Origin: an uncultured Candidatus Saccharibacteria bacterium
GTDB lineage: Bacteria > Patescibacteriota > Minisyncoccia > Phycocordibacterales > CAIZLB01
Direction: 5' to 3'
NCBI GenBank assembly: GCA_964417855.1
Contig: CAYQJB010000001.1
Coordinates: 230,709 to 294,708, forward strand
DNA: 64,000 nt
Both the position numbers and the translations under genes were made by a program. This document shows positions 19,086 to 29,644 of the stretch, one piece after another. The notes under the pieces are model-generated. The model ran no database searches. It saw only the letters and a list, made by a program, of their open reading frames with translations, and was not told the origin of the DNA. Positions within the stretch are counted from its first letter, which is position 1, and each line of letters begins with the position of its first letter.

Positions 19086-20390
19086 ATGCAAAATCTTAAA
19101 GAGTCTAAAATATTCAAAAAATACTTAGTGTACACATCTATGTTGGTATTAAGCACTGCTATTATTCTATTTTTTTCCGTATTAATATTTGAAGGAGGAA
19201 ATTTTGTAATTAATAGCTACAAAGGATATCGTCAAAGGGAGTTACTAGCTTTTGTGAATGGAACTTCTGAACAACAAGGTTTTGTGTACGATCTTGAGAA
19301 TAGTATATTTAAGACCATAGATAATATAGGTCAATATTTTGAAGGAGGCTCTGAAGAGGGTACTACAACAGAAGGAATAGATGCTGTAATAAGTAAAAAA
19401 ATCGATCCAGAATTGTTGAATCAAATTTTATCAAATCAGGCAACATCAACAGCTTCAACTTCAGAGATACAATACGTTATATTCTCATTTGATGGATCAA
19501 GGTCTATAAAAATGTGGAACGAGACTCGTCAATTTGCAAAAGAGATGATATCCAAAGGAAAACCTCTCCATTTTTCATATTTTATTAATCCTATATATTT
19601 GATTACAAAAGAGGTTGCGATGAAAACATATCAACCACCGAGAGCTACCCTAGGATCATCACTAATTGGATATGCTGATAGTGAGCAAGATGTTAAAGAT
19701 AGGGTAGAACAAATTAATCTTGCTTATAGTGAAGGTAATGAGATTGGATCACACAATGTAGGCCACTTTAATGGTGTTAAATGGACTCATGATGAATGGT
19801 TGCAGGAGTCTAACTCTTTTGATTCTATCATGGCTAATGTCCAAAAAAATAATCCAAATACAGTAATTCCTGCTTGGACGTTTGATACTACAAAGATTGC
19901 AGGTTTTAGAGCTCCAGAGCTCGGTGTAAACAATAACCTTTACAAAGTTCTGGCTGAGAAAAAATATCTATATGACGCTAGTGGAATGAGAATGCCAAAT
20001 AAATATCCTGTAAAAGATAGTAATGGTATTTGGCATATTGGTTTAGGAATAATTAAGATGAAAGATGCTGGAACTTCTCATTATGTGCTTTCAATGGATT
20101 ACAATTTTTGGATGTTGCAGTCAAATGTTAAAAATGTTGCTAAAAAAGGAACACCACTTTGGGATAAGTTTTTTAAAGAGGTAACAGGGGCCTATGAGGA
20201 TTATTTTAATAAAAATTATAATGGAAACCACGCCCCTGTGGTTATTGGTCATCATTTCTCATCATGGAATGATGGTGTTTATTGGGAATCAATGAAGGCC
20301 TTTGCTGAAGATGTTTGTGGAAAACCTAAGGTTAAATGTGTGACTTTTAAGGAGTATGTAGATTATCTAGATAAATCGACTGTTAAATAA
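19086..20390 (+). CDS. Membrane-anchored polysaccharide deacetylase-like (CE4/NodB-like) protein
   Basis: N-terminal transmembrane helix. FDGSRS and EIGSHNVGH resemble CE4 motifs 1 and 2. Confidence 0.45.
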   Translation: MQNLKESKIFKKYLVYTSMLVLSTAIILFFSVLIFEGGNFVINSYKGYRQRELLAFVNGTSEQQGFVYDLENSIFKTIDNIGQYFEGGSEEGTTTEGIDAVISKKIDPELLNQILSNQATSTASTSEIQYVIFSFDGSRSIKMWNETRQFAKEMISKGKPLHFSYFINPIYLITKEVAMKTYQPPRATLGSSLIGYADSEQDVKDRVEQINLAYSEGNEIGSHNVGHFNGVKWTHDEWLQESNSFDSIMANVQKNNPNTVIPAWTFDTTKIAGFRAPELGVNNNLYKVLAEKKYLYDASGMRMPNKYPVKDSNGIWHIGLGIIKMKDAGTSHYVLSMDYNFWMLQSNVKNVAKKGTPLWDKFFKEVTGAYEDYFNKNYNGNHAPVVIGHHFSSWNDGVYWESMKAFAEDVCGKPKVKCVTFKEYVDYLDKSTVK

Positions 20391-20535
20391 AATTCATAAT
20401 ATAAACTTGAGGTAGCTTGGGATTGGCTAAAAAGCAGCATTTTTGACGAAAGTAGAAATATATGGTACTTTGTTCTAAACCTTGTTCATTGAACATATTT
20501 AAAACAACTCTCAAAAATAGAAAGAAACGATTGGA

Positions 20536-21078
20536 ATGAAAAATAAAATGTATGTGGCATCTGTGGTGTTGGCCGTTTGTTCTTACGTAACTATTATAAG
20601 CAAGGCTGTTGTGGGGACTGAAGGTCTTTCCTTAAGCACTTTTTCATTATGGGCGTTATTGGCCGCAATAATTGGCCTTGCTCAAAAGGATGACGCCACA
20701 GACCCAGCCCTGGCTATGGTCTATGGAATAGGTGCGTCCATAACGGCCTTGGTACTTTTTGTAAAAGGACAATGTGTTTGGACGCCACTAGATACAACTG
20801 TGTCTATATTAGTATTTGTATGCTTGGTCCTTTGGAAAACATTAGGTTCAAAGTGGGCTATGACCTTAGCTATTCTCAGTGGAGTCATTGCTTCAGTACC
20901 TTATGTAATGCTGACGTGGAAATTTCCTCAGAGTTCACCGTACGTAGCAAACATTATGTTTTTGGTTGCAAACACACTAGCGTTCATGTCAGTTGATGAT
21001 TGGGCAATCACAAAAGTGTTGTATCCAGGAGTTAACGTCTTGATGGGAATTATTATGTTGGTTCCGTTATTCTTCTAA
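20536..21078 (+). CDS. Integral membrane protein, hypothetical
   Basis: Five or six predicted transmembrane helices. No family recognised. Confidence 0.4.
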   Translation: MKNKMYVASVVLAVCSYVTIISKAVVGTEGLSLSTFSLWALLAAIIGLAQKDDATDPALAMVYGIGASITALVLFVKGQCVWTPLDTTVSILVFVCLVLWKTLGSKWAMTLAILSGVIASVPYVMLTWKFPQSSPYVANIMFLVANTLAFMSVDDWAITKVLYPGVNVLMGIIMLVPLFF

Positions 21079-21088
21079 ATTCAACTAA

Positions 21089-21116
21089 GGCCCGGACGAA
21101 AGTCCGGGCCTTTAAT
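21089..21116 (+). terminator. Intrinsic terminator
   Basis: GGCCCGGAC-GAAA-GTCCGGGCC followed by TTTAATC. Confidence 0.65.
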
Positions 21117-21171
21117 CTATCCAAATTTTACCTAGTAATTTTTTAAATAAAAGTAATGGTATAATTAGCTT

Positions 21172-21426
21172 ATGTTTTCCGTATATATATTAGAGTGTAG
21201 AGATAAAACACTTTATGTTGGCTGCACTAATGATTTAGAAAAAAGATTAAATCAACATAATAATCTAAAATCAGGTGCTCATTACACTAAGATTAGACGT
21301 CCTGTTGTACTGAAACATTTTGAAATTTTTGAGACCTTACTAGAAGCAAGGGGTAGGGAGGCAGAGATTAAAAGGTGGACAAGAGAAAAGAAACAAGAGT
21401 TATTAAATAGCAAAAATAGCGGGTAG
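21172..21426 (+). CDS. Small stand-alone GIY-YIG nuclease-domain protein (UPF0213-like)
   Basis: [27 protein letters not shown]. Confidence 0.75.
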   Translation: MFSVYILECRDKTLYVGCTNDLEKRLNQHNNLKSGAHYTKIRRPVVLKHFEIFETLLEARGREAEIKRWTREKKQELLNSKNSG

Positions 21427-21464
21427 ACCGGTGTATTTAAATAATTTTGTAGTATAATATCAAA

Positions 21465-22067
21465 ATGATTCAATCAATGTATTTTTTGAATAGTCTACTG
21501 TCATTTGCAGCGTATTTTAGATACCCACTTATTGCTGTGGGTGTTATTTTTGAAGGGCCAATTTTAATGATAGCTTCCGGCCTTCTTTATAGAACGGGGT
21601 TCTTTGAGCTGGCCCCGCTTTTTATTGCAATTCTAGCTGGAGATTTGATTGGTGATGTTTTTTGGTACATGTCTGGAAGATACTTTGCTGATCCGATTCT
21701 TAAAAAACACGGAAAATTTATAGGAATTACTCCAGAGAAATTTGAAAAAATTAAGGATTTATTCTCAAGATATCATGAGAGAATACTTATTTTTTCAAAA
21801 TTAACTCTAGGTCTAGGTTTTGCGATCGGAATCTTGGCTGTTGCTGGAATGACAAAAGTATCATTCAAAAGATATATGATTATTAATATCATAGGTGAAT
21901 TTTTCCTTGTTTCCATCCTGCTTTCTGTGGGTTATTTCTTTGGAGAATTATATTTGGGTATATCAGATAATCTAAAAGCTGCTTTTATTGCTATTGTATT
22001 TGTTGTTGTAATTTCAGCCTTCTATTTTTTCTCGAGATATATTAGGAATAAAAGTAAGGAACTTTAA
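21465..22067 (+). CDS. DedA/SNARE-associated (TVP38) family membrane protein
   Basis: GVIFEGPILMIASGLL...YFADPILKKHGKF and the family's membrane topology. Confidence 0.65.
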   Translation: MIQSMYFLNSLLSFAAYFRYPLIAVGVIFEGPILMIASGLLYRTGFFELAPLFIAILAGDLIGDVFWYMSGRYFADPILKKHGKFIGITPEKFEKIKDLFSRYHERILIFSKLTLGLGFAIGILAVAGMTKVSFKRYMIINIIGEFFLVSILLSVGYFFGELYLGISDNLKAAFIAIVFVVVISAFYFFSRYIRNKSKEL

Positions 22068-22092
22068 TATTTAAGCCACGTAATTGTAAAAA

Positions 22093-22806
22093 ATGATTTC
22101 TTTTATTATACCCACACTGAATGAAGAGAAGACTATTGAAGATACATTGAAATCTATAATCGCATTTGAGGGTCAAAAAGAAATTATCATATCTGATGGA
22201 AAAAGTAGGGATAATACAATTGAAATAGCAAAAAAATATACTAATAAAATAGTAATTCATAGCACTCCCGAAAAACAAAATATTGCACAAGGAAGAAATG
22301 CTGGGGCAAGGGAGGCAATAGGGGATTATTTCGTATTTATGGATGCCGATGTGATAATTCCTAATGCTAATGTTTTTTTTGCAAAAGCTCTGAAATATTT
22401 TGAGGAAGATGAAAAGCTTATTGCTTTAACTGCAGAGTGTGTGGTTCTGAAAGAGATGGCTAACTTTTTTGATATAGTTATTTTTAAATTAGTTGGTTTA
22501 TATTTCTCTTTTCTTAATTATATTGGTTTTGGGGGAGCTGGAGGGGAATTCCAAATGATTAAAAAAGAATCGTTCCTTCAAGTACATGGTTTTGATCCTC
22601 ATTTATCAGTTAGTGAAGACATGGATTTATTTTGGCGATTAGCAAAGAACGGTAAAACTAGGCTACCTCTTGGCCTAAAAGTCTATCATACAGGAAGAAG
22701 GGCTCATAAAATTGGGTGGCCTAGATTATTGTGGCAGTGGGTTTCAAATACAATCTCTGTTTTCTTCTTCAAGAAATCTGATGACGAATGGGTAGAAATT
22801 AGGTAG
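22093..22806 (+). CDS. Family 2 glycosyltransferase
   Basis: ISFIIPTLNEEKTIEDTL ... FMDADVII (GT-A fold, DxD). Confidence 0.75.
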   Translation: MISFIIPTLNEEKTIEDTLKSIIAFEGQKEIIISDGKSRDNTIEIAKKYTNKIVIHSTPEKQNIAQGRNAGAREAIGDYFVFMDADVIIPNANVFFAKALKYFEEDEKLIALTAECVVLKEMANFFDIVIFKLVGLYFSFLNYIGFGGAGGEFQMIKKESFLQVHGFDPHLSVSEDMDLFWRLAKNGKTRLPLGLKVYHTGRRAHKIGWPRLLWQWVSNTISVFFFKKSDDEWVEIR

Positions 22807-22862
22807 TGTTCTGAACTATTCATTAGTTTTCTTGTTCACTGTACTGTATTATATATTCATAA

Positions 22863-24257
22863 ATGAGAGAACTAAAATTATTCCCGAAGCCGGTTTCTTT
22901 AAAGAAACTTATCGGTCCCAGCTTTGTAATTCTTGCTCTAGGGCTTGGTTCAGGCGAGGTTATTCTCTGGCCTTATCTGGTTTCAAATTATGGTTTGGGA
23001 ATCGCCTGGGGAGCGCTACTTGGAATAACATTTCAATATTTTTTAAATATGGAAATAGAACGCTATGCCTTGGTTAAAGGAGAAAGTGTTTTTGTAGGTA
23101 TACATAAAATTTTTAAACCAGCTATATACTGGTTTATTGTGTCTACATTTATTGGATTTGGGCTACCTGGAATTGTGGCTGCATCAGCACAGATCGTGGC
23201 TAGTGTTCTTGGGCTTACAGACTTTAAATGGCTTGCTGTAATTCTTTTAATATTTATTGGTCTTATTCTTAGTACAGGAAAGACTGTTTATAATAGAATG
23301 GAGGGGCTTACTAAAATATTGCTCGCTGTTATTATTCCTTTCTTGTTTATTCTAACAATTTTCGTTTGCTTTCAAATGGATTGGTTGCATTTGGCTCAAG
23401 GTTTGATGGGTAAAGGTGAGGGGTATTGGTTTCTACCAGGAGGAATAAGTCTTGCAACCTTCCTGGCTGCATTTGCTTACTCAGGTGCAGGAGGAAATCT
23501 AAATCTAACGCAGTCTATTTATATAAAAGAAAAAGGTTATGGTATGGGTGTTTATTCACAAAAAATTGCTAGTCTTTTTTCAAAAAAAGAGGAAACAGAA
23601 ATTGTCCTAGATGGCAAAGATTGTGCGGGAGTACCTGAGGATGTTAATCGTTTTAAAAAATGGTGGAAGTTAATAAGCCTAGAGCACGCATTGGTTTTTT
23701 GGTTGTTGGGTTTAATTTCAATGATTTTTTTGATGATTCTTTCATATACAACAACTTATGGTTTACCAGGGAATACGCAGGGGATTAGTTTTGTAATTAA
23801 GGAAGGACTTATTATTGGGCAAAGAGTTTTTCCTTTTGCAGGTACTATTTTCCTATTCGCAATTTCTCTGATGCTATTTCAGACTCAATTAGGAATAATG
23901 GATTCAACTTCTAGAATAATGGCCGAGAACCTAGCTATTAAAAAGTTAAGAGGAAAAAGTGGTGGAAAAATCAATCTTTCAAATCTATACTATTATTTTT
24001 TATGGGCTCAGATTGCATTTGGGAGTATTTTGTTTTTATTTAATATATATGAACCAAAAACCCTAATCGTTCTGGGGGCCGTAATTAATGCCTTTGCAAT
24101 GTTTGTTCATTTAGGACTGGTATTTTGGCTTAATCACAGTGTTCTACCAAAAGTCTTCAGGCCTTCATGGTTCAGAAAAATTATTATAATTTGTATCTTT
24201 ATTTTCTTTGGAGTGTTTAGTCTTTATGTATTACTAAATAATTTTATGGTCTTTTGA
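22863..24257 (+). CDS. Divergent NRAMP-like polytopic membrane transporter
   Basis: GPSFVILALGLGSGEV...YGLGIAWGALLG parallels NRAMP GPGFL...DPGN...YGYSLLW, but the metal-binding DPGN is replaced by GSGE. About 11 transmembrane helices. Confidence 0.45.
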   Translation: MRELKLFPKPVSLKKLIGPSFVILALGLGSGEVILWPYLVSNYGLGIAWGALLGITFQYFLNMEIERYALVKGESVFVGIHKIFKPAIYWFIVSTFIGFGLPGIVAASAQIVASVLGLTDFKWLAVILLIFIGLILSTGKTVYNRMEGLTKILLAVIIPFLFILTIFVCFQMDWLHLAQGLMGKGEGYWFLPGGISLATFLAAFAYSGAGGNLNLTQSIYIKEKGYGMGVYSQKIASLFSKKEETEIVLDGKDCAGVPEDVNRFKKWWKLISLEHALVFWLLGLISMIFLMILSYTTTYGLPGNTQGISFVIKEGLIIGQRVFPFAGTIFLFAISLMLFQTQLGIMDSTSRIMAENLAIKKLRGKSGGKINLSNLYYYFLWAQIAFGSILFLFNIYEPKTLIVLGAVINAFAMFVHLGLVFWLNHSVLPKVFRPSWFRKIIIICIFIFFGVFSLYVLLNNFMVF

Positions 24258-24343
24258 TAGTTGTTGTAAGGCGAGGAATTATTGAAATAAGAAACGGTGT
24301 CATTTTATGGATTTAATATGGAATTATAGATATACTTAAGGCA

Positions 24344-24994
24344 ATGGCATTTCATATCGTTTTCAATAAAGTAACTTGGTATTCAAAATTACTGTCTGTA
24401 ATATTTTTATTTGTGGTTTTTCCTTATATTGTTTTTATAATAGGGCAACGTTATCAGGAATACATAGATTTGATGAATGGAGCAAACTACATGTCTTTAG
24501 ATTGGCATAATTCTGATTATCAGCAGGATTATAATCCTCGTAATAATGAGCAATATATATTAGAAAATAAAATAGAAGGAAAGTGGAGAAATATTAGCGA
24601 TGCAAAGTTCGTTTTAATTTTTAGGGATTTGAATAGGTATTTTGAATACTATGATGGTTCAGTCGTAAACTCAGGTGCATGGTTTTTAAAACAAAGTCTT
24701 GCTAATACAAAGTTTTCAAACCTACCATCTGACAGTGGATACGTAAATTCTGGAGGTAAAGAGCCAACAACCTACTTATACGAGAGGTTGATTAATGGTT
24801 CGCAAAGCTCTCAGTCTGATGCCAAAAAAACGCAAAATAAAAACAGTTTGGATTTATATAATAATGATTTTATATACAAAATAGCATTTTCTCCTGACTA
24901 TAGCAGTTTAACTTTAACCTATCTTGAAACTGGAGAGGTGATGAATTTTGCAAGGGAACGTTATAATCCTGGAAGCCTAGATAAGGTTAATTAA
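24344..24994 (+). CDS. Hypothetical membrane-anchored protein
   Basis: N-terminal transmembrane helix with an Asn/Tyr-rich soluble part. No family recognised. Confidence 0.35.
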   Translation: MAFHIVFNKVTWYSKLLSVIFLFVVFPYIVFIIGQRYQEYIDLMNGANYMSLDWHNSDYQQDYNPRNNEQYILENKIEGKWRNISDAKFVLIFRDLNRYFEYYDGSVVNSGAWFLKQSLANTKFSNLPSDSGYVNSGGKEPTTYLYERLINGSQSSQSDAKKTQNKNSLDLYNNDFIYKIAFSPDYSSLTLTYLETGEVMNFARERYNPGSLDKVN

Positions 24995-26126
24995 ATTGAT
25001 TGCCTGTTGATGAACTACTTGAGTCAGTTGAACTTGCTGTTGTCTGTGTACTGGAGGAGTTGAGATAATTGTAATTCAAAAAGTCCTGAAGAGCGATCTT
25101 TTCTGTAAACACATCATTTGCATTATCAACACCAATATATCTAAAGTGCCAAGGCTCATATATGTATCCAGTTTCTGCTTGCTTTTTGTCTGGATAACTC
25201 ATTATAAAACCGTATTTATAACTATTTTGAGCCATCCATTTTCCTTCTTTACTTTTTGAAAAAGCAACTGACACGCCAGCATAGCCAATACTTTTACCGG
25301 TGACATCTACAGCTGTACCAAGTTGATGCTCAGAATGCCCAGCTTCAGCAATTCCAGCCTTTGCTGCGTTTCCATCCTTTCCAACCCACATTGAGTATAA
25401 AAACTTTTGCATTTCTGCACTTCTGTAAGATGATGTTATTGCGATATCCAACTTTTGTTTTTTTGCATCTGAAATCATTTCATTTAAATGTCTCACTATT
25501 CTTTCAGAAACACACATAACACCAATTGTTTTTATTTTATCAGAAACCCTTACAATATCCTGGGGTATATAATCAAAAGGAACTGATGTTGATCTATTTA
25601 AGTTCTCAAAAACCTTATTAAAATCACTCTCAACCATATTGTCTCTTCCAATAACTCTGATTGCGGTTGGGCACAAGACTTTGTACATTAGACCGTTTAG
25701 ACCAACTCTTGTTGTAAGGTCCAGAATTCCGGTGACTGGAATATTTAGCTTTGATTGAATCGCTTTCACTCCAGCCTCTGTCTTGGGTCCAAAGTGAGAA
25801 TTAATAACAGATCCAGATGTGTCATTTAATAACGACTTTAAAATAATTTGAAGTACTTTAACATCATTGCTGTTAGAACCGTATTTAAGTGTTCTAGTAA
25901 ACTCACCGCTTTCCTGCCAAACTTTTACTGCATTTATTGAAACTATGGTTGACGTACTATTATTTAAGTTGCCTGTGTTGTTTGAGCTGCTAGCATTGAG
26001 TATATCGATTAGTGGAGAGTAGGGAATTGTTGTTGTTGCTTGGGCTTTAGAATCCATAAGAATAAAACACAATATGAGTGTTATTATTATAATAAACCTT
26101 GGGTTCGATAATTGGGTTGAGGTCAT
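24987..26126 (-). CDS. Secreted M15-family D-Ala-D-Ala carboxypeptidase (VanY-like) with a peptidoglycan-binding domain
   Basis: Signal peptide, a PG-binding repeat (VKVLQIILKS...GPKTEAGVKAIQ) and the zinc-binding motif SGHSEHQLGTAVDV. Confidence 0.7.
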   Translation of the reverse strand: MTSTQLSNPRFIIIITLILCFILMDSKAQATTTIPYSPLIDILNASSSNNTGNLNNSTSTIVSINAVKVWQESGEFTRTLKYGSNSNDVKVLQIILKSLLNDTSGSVINSHFGPKTEAGVKAIQSKLNIPVTGILDLTTRVGLNGLMYKVLCPTAIRVIGRDNMVESDFNKVFENLNRSTSVPFDYIPQDIVRVSDKIKTIGVMCVSERIVRHLNEMISDAKKQKLDIAITSSYRSAEMQKFLYSMWVGKDGNAAKAGIAEAGHSEHQLGTAVDVTGKSIGYAGVSVAFSKSKEGKWMAQNSYKYGFIMSYPDKKQAETGYIYEPWHFRYIGVDNANDVFTEKIALQDFLNYNYLNSSSTQTTASSTDSSSSSTGNQFN

Positions 26127-26185
26127 TCTAATTTTAGGGTGTTTAAATTATTTTATCTATAGTTAATAAGTAGTATACTATAGGT

Positions 26186-26563
26186 ATGACAAAATCCGTT
26201 AATAAAGCTATTGGTTCATATAGGTCTTTCTACGGTTCCTTTGGCTATGCATTTAAGGGTATTAAACATGTGTTTAAGAATGAAAGAAATTTTAGACTAC
26301 ATATACTAAGCTCTGTAATGGTTTTGTTTTTGGCCTTCTATTTTAAATGTGATTTAATAGAGTTTGCTCTGCTAATAATTTCTATGACAATGGTTTTTGT
26401 CGCAGAAATTATAAATAGCACCATAGAATATACATGGAACAAGCTGGAACCAAATCATCACCCTGTTGTCGCTGTGATTAAGGACAGTATGGCGGGGGCA
26501 GTACTGATTTCTGCAATATCAGCGTTAATGATCGGTATTATCGTAATTCTAAGACATTTATAA
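26186..26563 (+). CDS. Prokaryotic diacylglycerol/undecaprenol kinase (DgkA family)
   Basis: About 125 aa, three transmembrane helices, EIINSTIEYTWNKL signature. Confidence 0.65.
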   Translation: MTKSVNKAIGSYRSFYGSFGYAFKGIKHVFKNERNFRLHILSSVMVLFLAFYFKCDLIEFALLIISMTMVFVAEIINSTIEYTWNKLEPNHHPVVAVIKDSMAGAVLISAISALMIGIIVILRHL

Positions 26564-26572
26564 AAAGTCAGT

Positions 26573-27139
26573 ATGAACTCTCAATTACTTTTAATAGCAA
26601 GAAAAATAGACCTAGACGTTCTTAATTTTATACCAAGTATTAGGAATGCGTTTGGTATCAAAATTGCGATATTTGTAAGTGCGATTGGAAGTCCTCAGGC
26701 CTTCTTTCTCTTCATGGTTGGTTTTTGTTTATTATTTTGGCTACACAAAAAACCCTATCATTTAGTTCAATTTGTAATTACAGTAGCCTCTGGCTCGCTC
26801 ATTGTTTACCTGATGAAGATATGGATTGCAAGGCCTCGACCTGCCGAGGCACTTGTGGAAGTTAGTGGGTATTCATTTCCAAGCTGGCATGCTGCTGCAT
26901 CCACATTGTTTTGTTCATTAATTATATTTGCATATAAGAATCATTTCAAAAACCCTATCTTAAGGTTTGTTTTTATATCTTTTTTTGCGATCTCAGCTTT
27001 AGCGATATCTTTTAGTAGGGTTTACTTGTCTGTGCATTATTTGAGTGATGTTGTTGTTGGCATTATTCTTGGTCTATTTTTATCATCATTATCTGTGTTT
27101 ATATTTGAAAATTTTTATAAAAAGGAAGTTCTGCTATAA
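26573..27139 (+). CDS. PAP2-family lipid phosphatase
   Basis: PAP2 motifs KIWIARPRP, PSWH and SRVYLSVHYLSD. Confidence 0.75.
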   Translation: MNSQLLLIARKIDLDVLNFIPSIRNAFGIKIAIFVSAIGSPQAFFLFMVGFCLLFWLHKKPYHLVQFVITVASGSLIVYLMKIWIARPRPAEALVEVSGYSFPSWHAAASTLFCSLIIFAYKNHFKNPILRFVFISFFAISALAISFSRVYLSVHYLSDVVVGIILGLFLSSLSVFIFENFYKKEVLL

Positions 27140-27147
27140 TAGGCTCA

Positions 27148-27942
27148 ATGAACATAATACATGCAATAATTCTGGGGGTAGTTGAGGGAATAACTGAGTT
27201 TTTACCAATATCGTCAACTGGGCACATGATTCTAGCCGCAAAACTACTTGGGCTACAGGAAACAGATTTTTTAAAGACCTTTGAAATCTTTATTCAATTA
27301 GGTGCCATATTAGCTGTTGTTTTTCTGTATTTTAGAAGATTGCTAACATCAAAGGATACAATAAAGAAGGTTATTGTTGCTTTTATACCAACAGCAATAC
27401 TCGGACTTCTTCTGCATGGTTTTGTTAAAAAATATCTCCTTGCTAGTCCTCTAATCGTTTCAATATCATTAATTGTTGGTGGTGTATTGATTATCTGGTT
27501 TGAGAAATGGAATGCAAAAAAACAAGCACCATTAAATATTAGTAAGGGAGAAGATTTGAATATTGGATATGTCCAGGCTGTACAGGTTGGTTTATATCAA
27601 TCGATAGCTATGATTCCCGGAGTATCCCGCTCTGCCGCTACAATAATTGGAGGACAACTTTCTGGAATATCTAGAGTTGAGATTGTGGAGTTTTCTTTTC
27701 TTCTTGCGATACCAACAATGTTTGCAGCCTCAGCTCTAGACTTATACAAGGGGGTCGGGGAGATTGGACGTAATGAAGTTGTTCTTTTGGCTGTCGGTTT
27801 CTTTACGGCATTCATTGTGGCCTTCTTAGCAATAAAGAGCTTTCTATCATATATAAGGAATCATAATTTTGTGGGTTTTGCCGTTTACAGAATTATTGTA
27901 GGAATCCTGTTCTTATCTTTGTTGTATTGGTTTGGCTTCTAA
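27148..27942 (+). CDS. uppP: Undecaprenyl-diphosphatase (BacA/UppP)
   Basis: N-terminus ILGVVEGITEFLPISSTGHMIL and conserved SRSAATIIGG. Confidence 0.9.
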   Translation: MNIIHAIILGVVEGITEFLPISSTGHMILAAKLLGLQETDFLKTFEIFIQLGAILAVVFLYFRRLLTSKDTIKKVIVAFIPTAILGLLLHGFVKKYLLASPLIVSISLIVGGVLIIWFEKWNAKKQAPLNISKGEDLNIGYVQAVQVGLYQSIAMIPGVSRSAATIIGGQLSGISRVEIVEFSFLLAIPTMFAASALDLYKGVGEIGRNEVVLLAVGFFTAFIVAFLAIKSFLSYIRNHNFVGFAVYRIIVGILFLSLLYWFGF

Positions 27943-27957
27943 TGTAAAATTAGCGGT

Positions 27958-28692
27958 ATGAATAAAGAAAATAACTCTCAAATATTTAAATCGAGTTTTG
28001 TAATTGGTATTACGATATTTCTTTCAGCTGTCTCTGCTGCGTATGCATTCTATAGTGTAAAAGCAATGGATGACGCTGTTGTTGTTACAGGCTCTGCAAA
28101 GAAAAGTGTTATATCTGACCAGGTAAATTGGTCTGTAAATTTTATGAGACCAATAACATTAGATACAGTTAAAGATGGCTATGTAAAAATGAATAGTGAT
28201 CTTAAGGTGGTTAAAGATTTTTTTGCGAAGAATGGTTTTGTTGAATCTGATCTTACAATTTCACCAGTTTTAATGAATGAGGTCTATGAAAGTAATACTC
28301 CTGCTGGCGCAGCAAAAAAATATGATCTTGTTCAAACAATAAGTATCTCTTCTGTAGATGTAAAAAAAGTTGATCTAATATCAAAAAATATTCAAGAGCT
28401 TGTGCTTGGTGGTGTAATCGTAAATCCTCAAAGTCCACAATATTACTATTCAGGTCTTCAAGAATTAAAAGTAAGTCTACTACCAGAAGCATTAAAGGAT
28501 GCAAAGACAAGAGCTGAAGCTATTGTTAAGCTGGCCGGAAGTTCAGTTGGAAAAATAAAATCAGCTGGAGCTGGGGTTGTTCAGGTTCTTTCGCCAGGCT
28601 CTAGTGATGTTTCTGATTATGGATCATATGATACTTCAAGCATAAATAAGGATGTGATGGTTACTGTTCGTGCATCTTTCCAAATTAAATAA
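27958..28692 (+). CDS. SIMPL-domain (DUF541/BP26-like) periplasmic protein
   Basis: Transmembrane helix followed by VVVTGSAKKSVISDQVNWSVNF; SIMPL-type fold pattern. Confidence 0.5.
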   Translation: MNKENNSQIFKSSFVIGITIFLSAVSAAYAFYSVKAMDDAVVVTGSAKKSVISDQVNWSVNFMRPITLDTVKDGYVKMNSDLKVVKDFFAKNGFVESDLTISPVLMNEVYESNTPAGAAKKYDLVQTISISSVDVKKVDLISKNIQELVLGGVIVNPQSPQYYYSGLQELKVSLLPEALKDAKTRAEAIVKLAGSSVGKIKSAGAGVVQVLSPGSSDVSDYGSYDTSSINKDVMVTVRASFQIK

Positions 28693-29644
28693 AACAAAGA
28701 TGATTCTACTTCGCGGTGTTGAAATTAGAAATAATAAAAGAGAAAATCTTAAGATACAAATTGAGACTATTAAGAATAAAAAAATAGATAGTTTTATTCC
28801 GCCGGTTCTTGTGATATTTCAAATAGGGGATAATAAAGCGTCAGGAGTTTACATAGAACAGAAAAAACAGTTTGCTGCATATATTGGAGCAGAGGTATTA
28901 CACATTAAGCTACCTGATGATATTGAGGAGGAAGAAGTGCTTGAAGAAATAAGAAATTACAATAACGACAGCTCTGTTCATGGAATTATTGTTCAATTAC
29001 CAATACCTAAAAATCTTTCTGTACACAACATCACAAATGAAATTGATTATAGAAAAGATGTCGATGGATTGAGTAGTACAAGTCTGGGTCTTTTGGTAGA
29101 CAGAGATTTTAATGAGAAAAAAAACAGTGAGAGTAAGATTGTTGATGATGATTTTAGGAAGTCTGTATTTAAAGGTTTTATTCCAGCTACAACCAAAGGC
29201 GTTCTGAGTTTGTTTGAATATTATGATATTGAATTGGAAGGAAAGAATGTTTGTATTGTCGGGAGATCGGTTCTTGTCGGTAAACCGACAGCGCTTGTGA
29301 TCCTAGCAAAGAATGCAACGATTACAGTTTGTCATTCCAAAACTAAGAATTTAAAAGATATAACTAAGGCCGCTGATATTATAATTTCTGCTATTGGCGT
29401 ACCTAATATGATAGACGAGAGTTATGTCTCTTTGGGTCAAACGATAATTGATATTGGTATAGTTTCCAGAGAAGAAAAAAATGAGAACGGCGAGAGTGTA
29501 AGAAAATTATGTGGCGATGTTGCGTTTGATGAAGTTTCTAAAATAGTTAATGCAATAACTCCAGTACCAGGAGGTGTTGGTCCTTTAACTGTTGCGTCAC
29601 TTTTTGAAAATTTATTTGAATCTTTTTACAATACTCTGCTATAA
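28670..29644 (+). CDS. folD: Bifunctional methylenetetrahydrofolate dehydrogenase/cyclohydrolase
   Basis: GIIVQLPIP, VGRSVLVGKP and TPVPGGVGPLTV. The true start is probably the MILLRG Met near 28700. Confidence 0.85.
   Translation: MHLSKLNKTKMILLRGVEIRNNKRENLKIQIETIKNKKIDSFIPPVLVIFQIGDNKASGVYIEQKKQFAAYIGAEVLHIKLPDDIEEEEVLEEIRNYNNDSSVHGIIVQLPIPKNLSVHNITNEIDYRKDVDGLSSTSLGLLVDRDFNEKKNSESKIVDDDFRKSVFKGFIPATTKGVLSLFEYYDIELEGKNVCIVGRSVLVGKPTALVILAKNATITVCHSKTKNLKDITKAADIIISAIGVPNMIDESYVSLGQTIIDIGIVSREEKNENGESVRKLCGDVAFDEVSKIVNAITPVPGGVGPLTVASLFENLFESFYNTLL

Noticed and set aside
22832-23077. An 81-aa + ORF overlapping the start of the NRAMP-like gene.
   Set aside because: It is an alternative frame of the same region. 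The longer ORF has convincing membrane-protein features.
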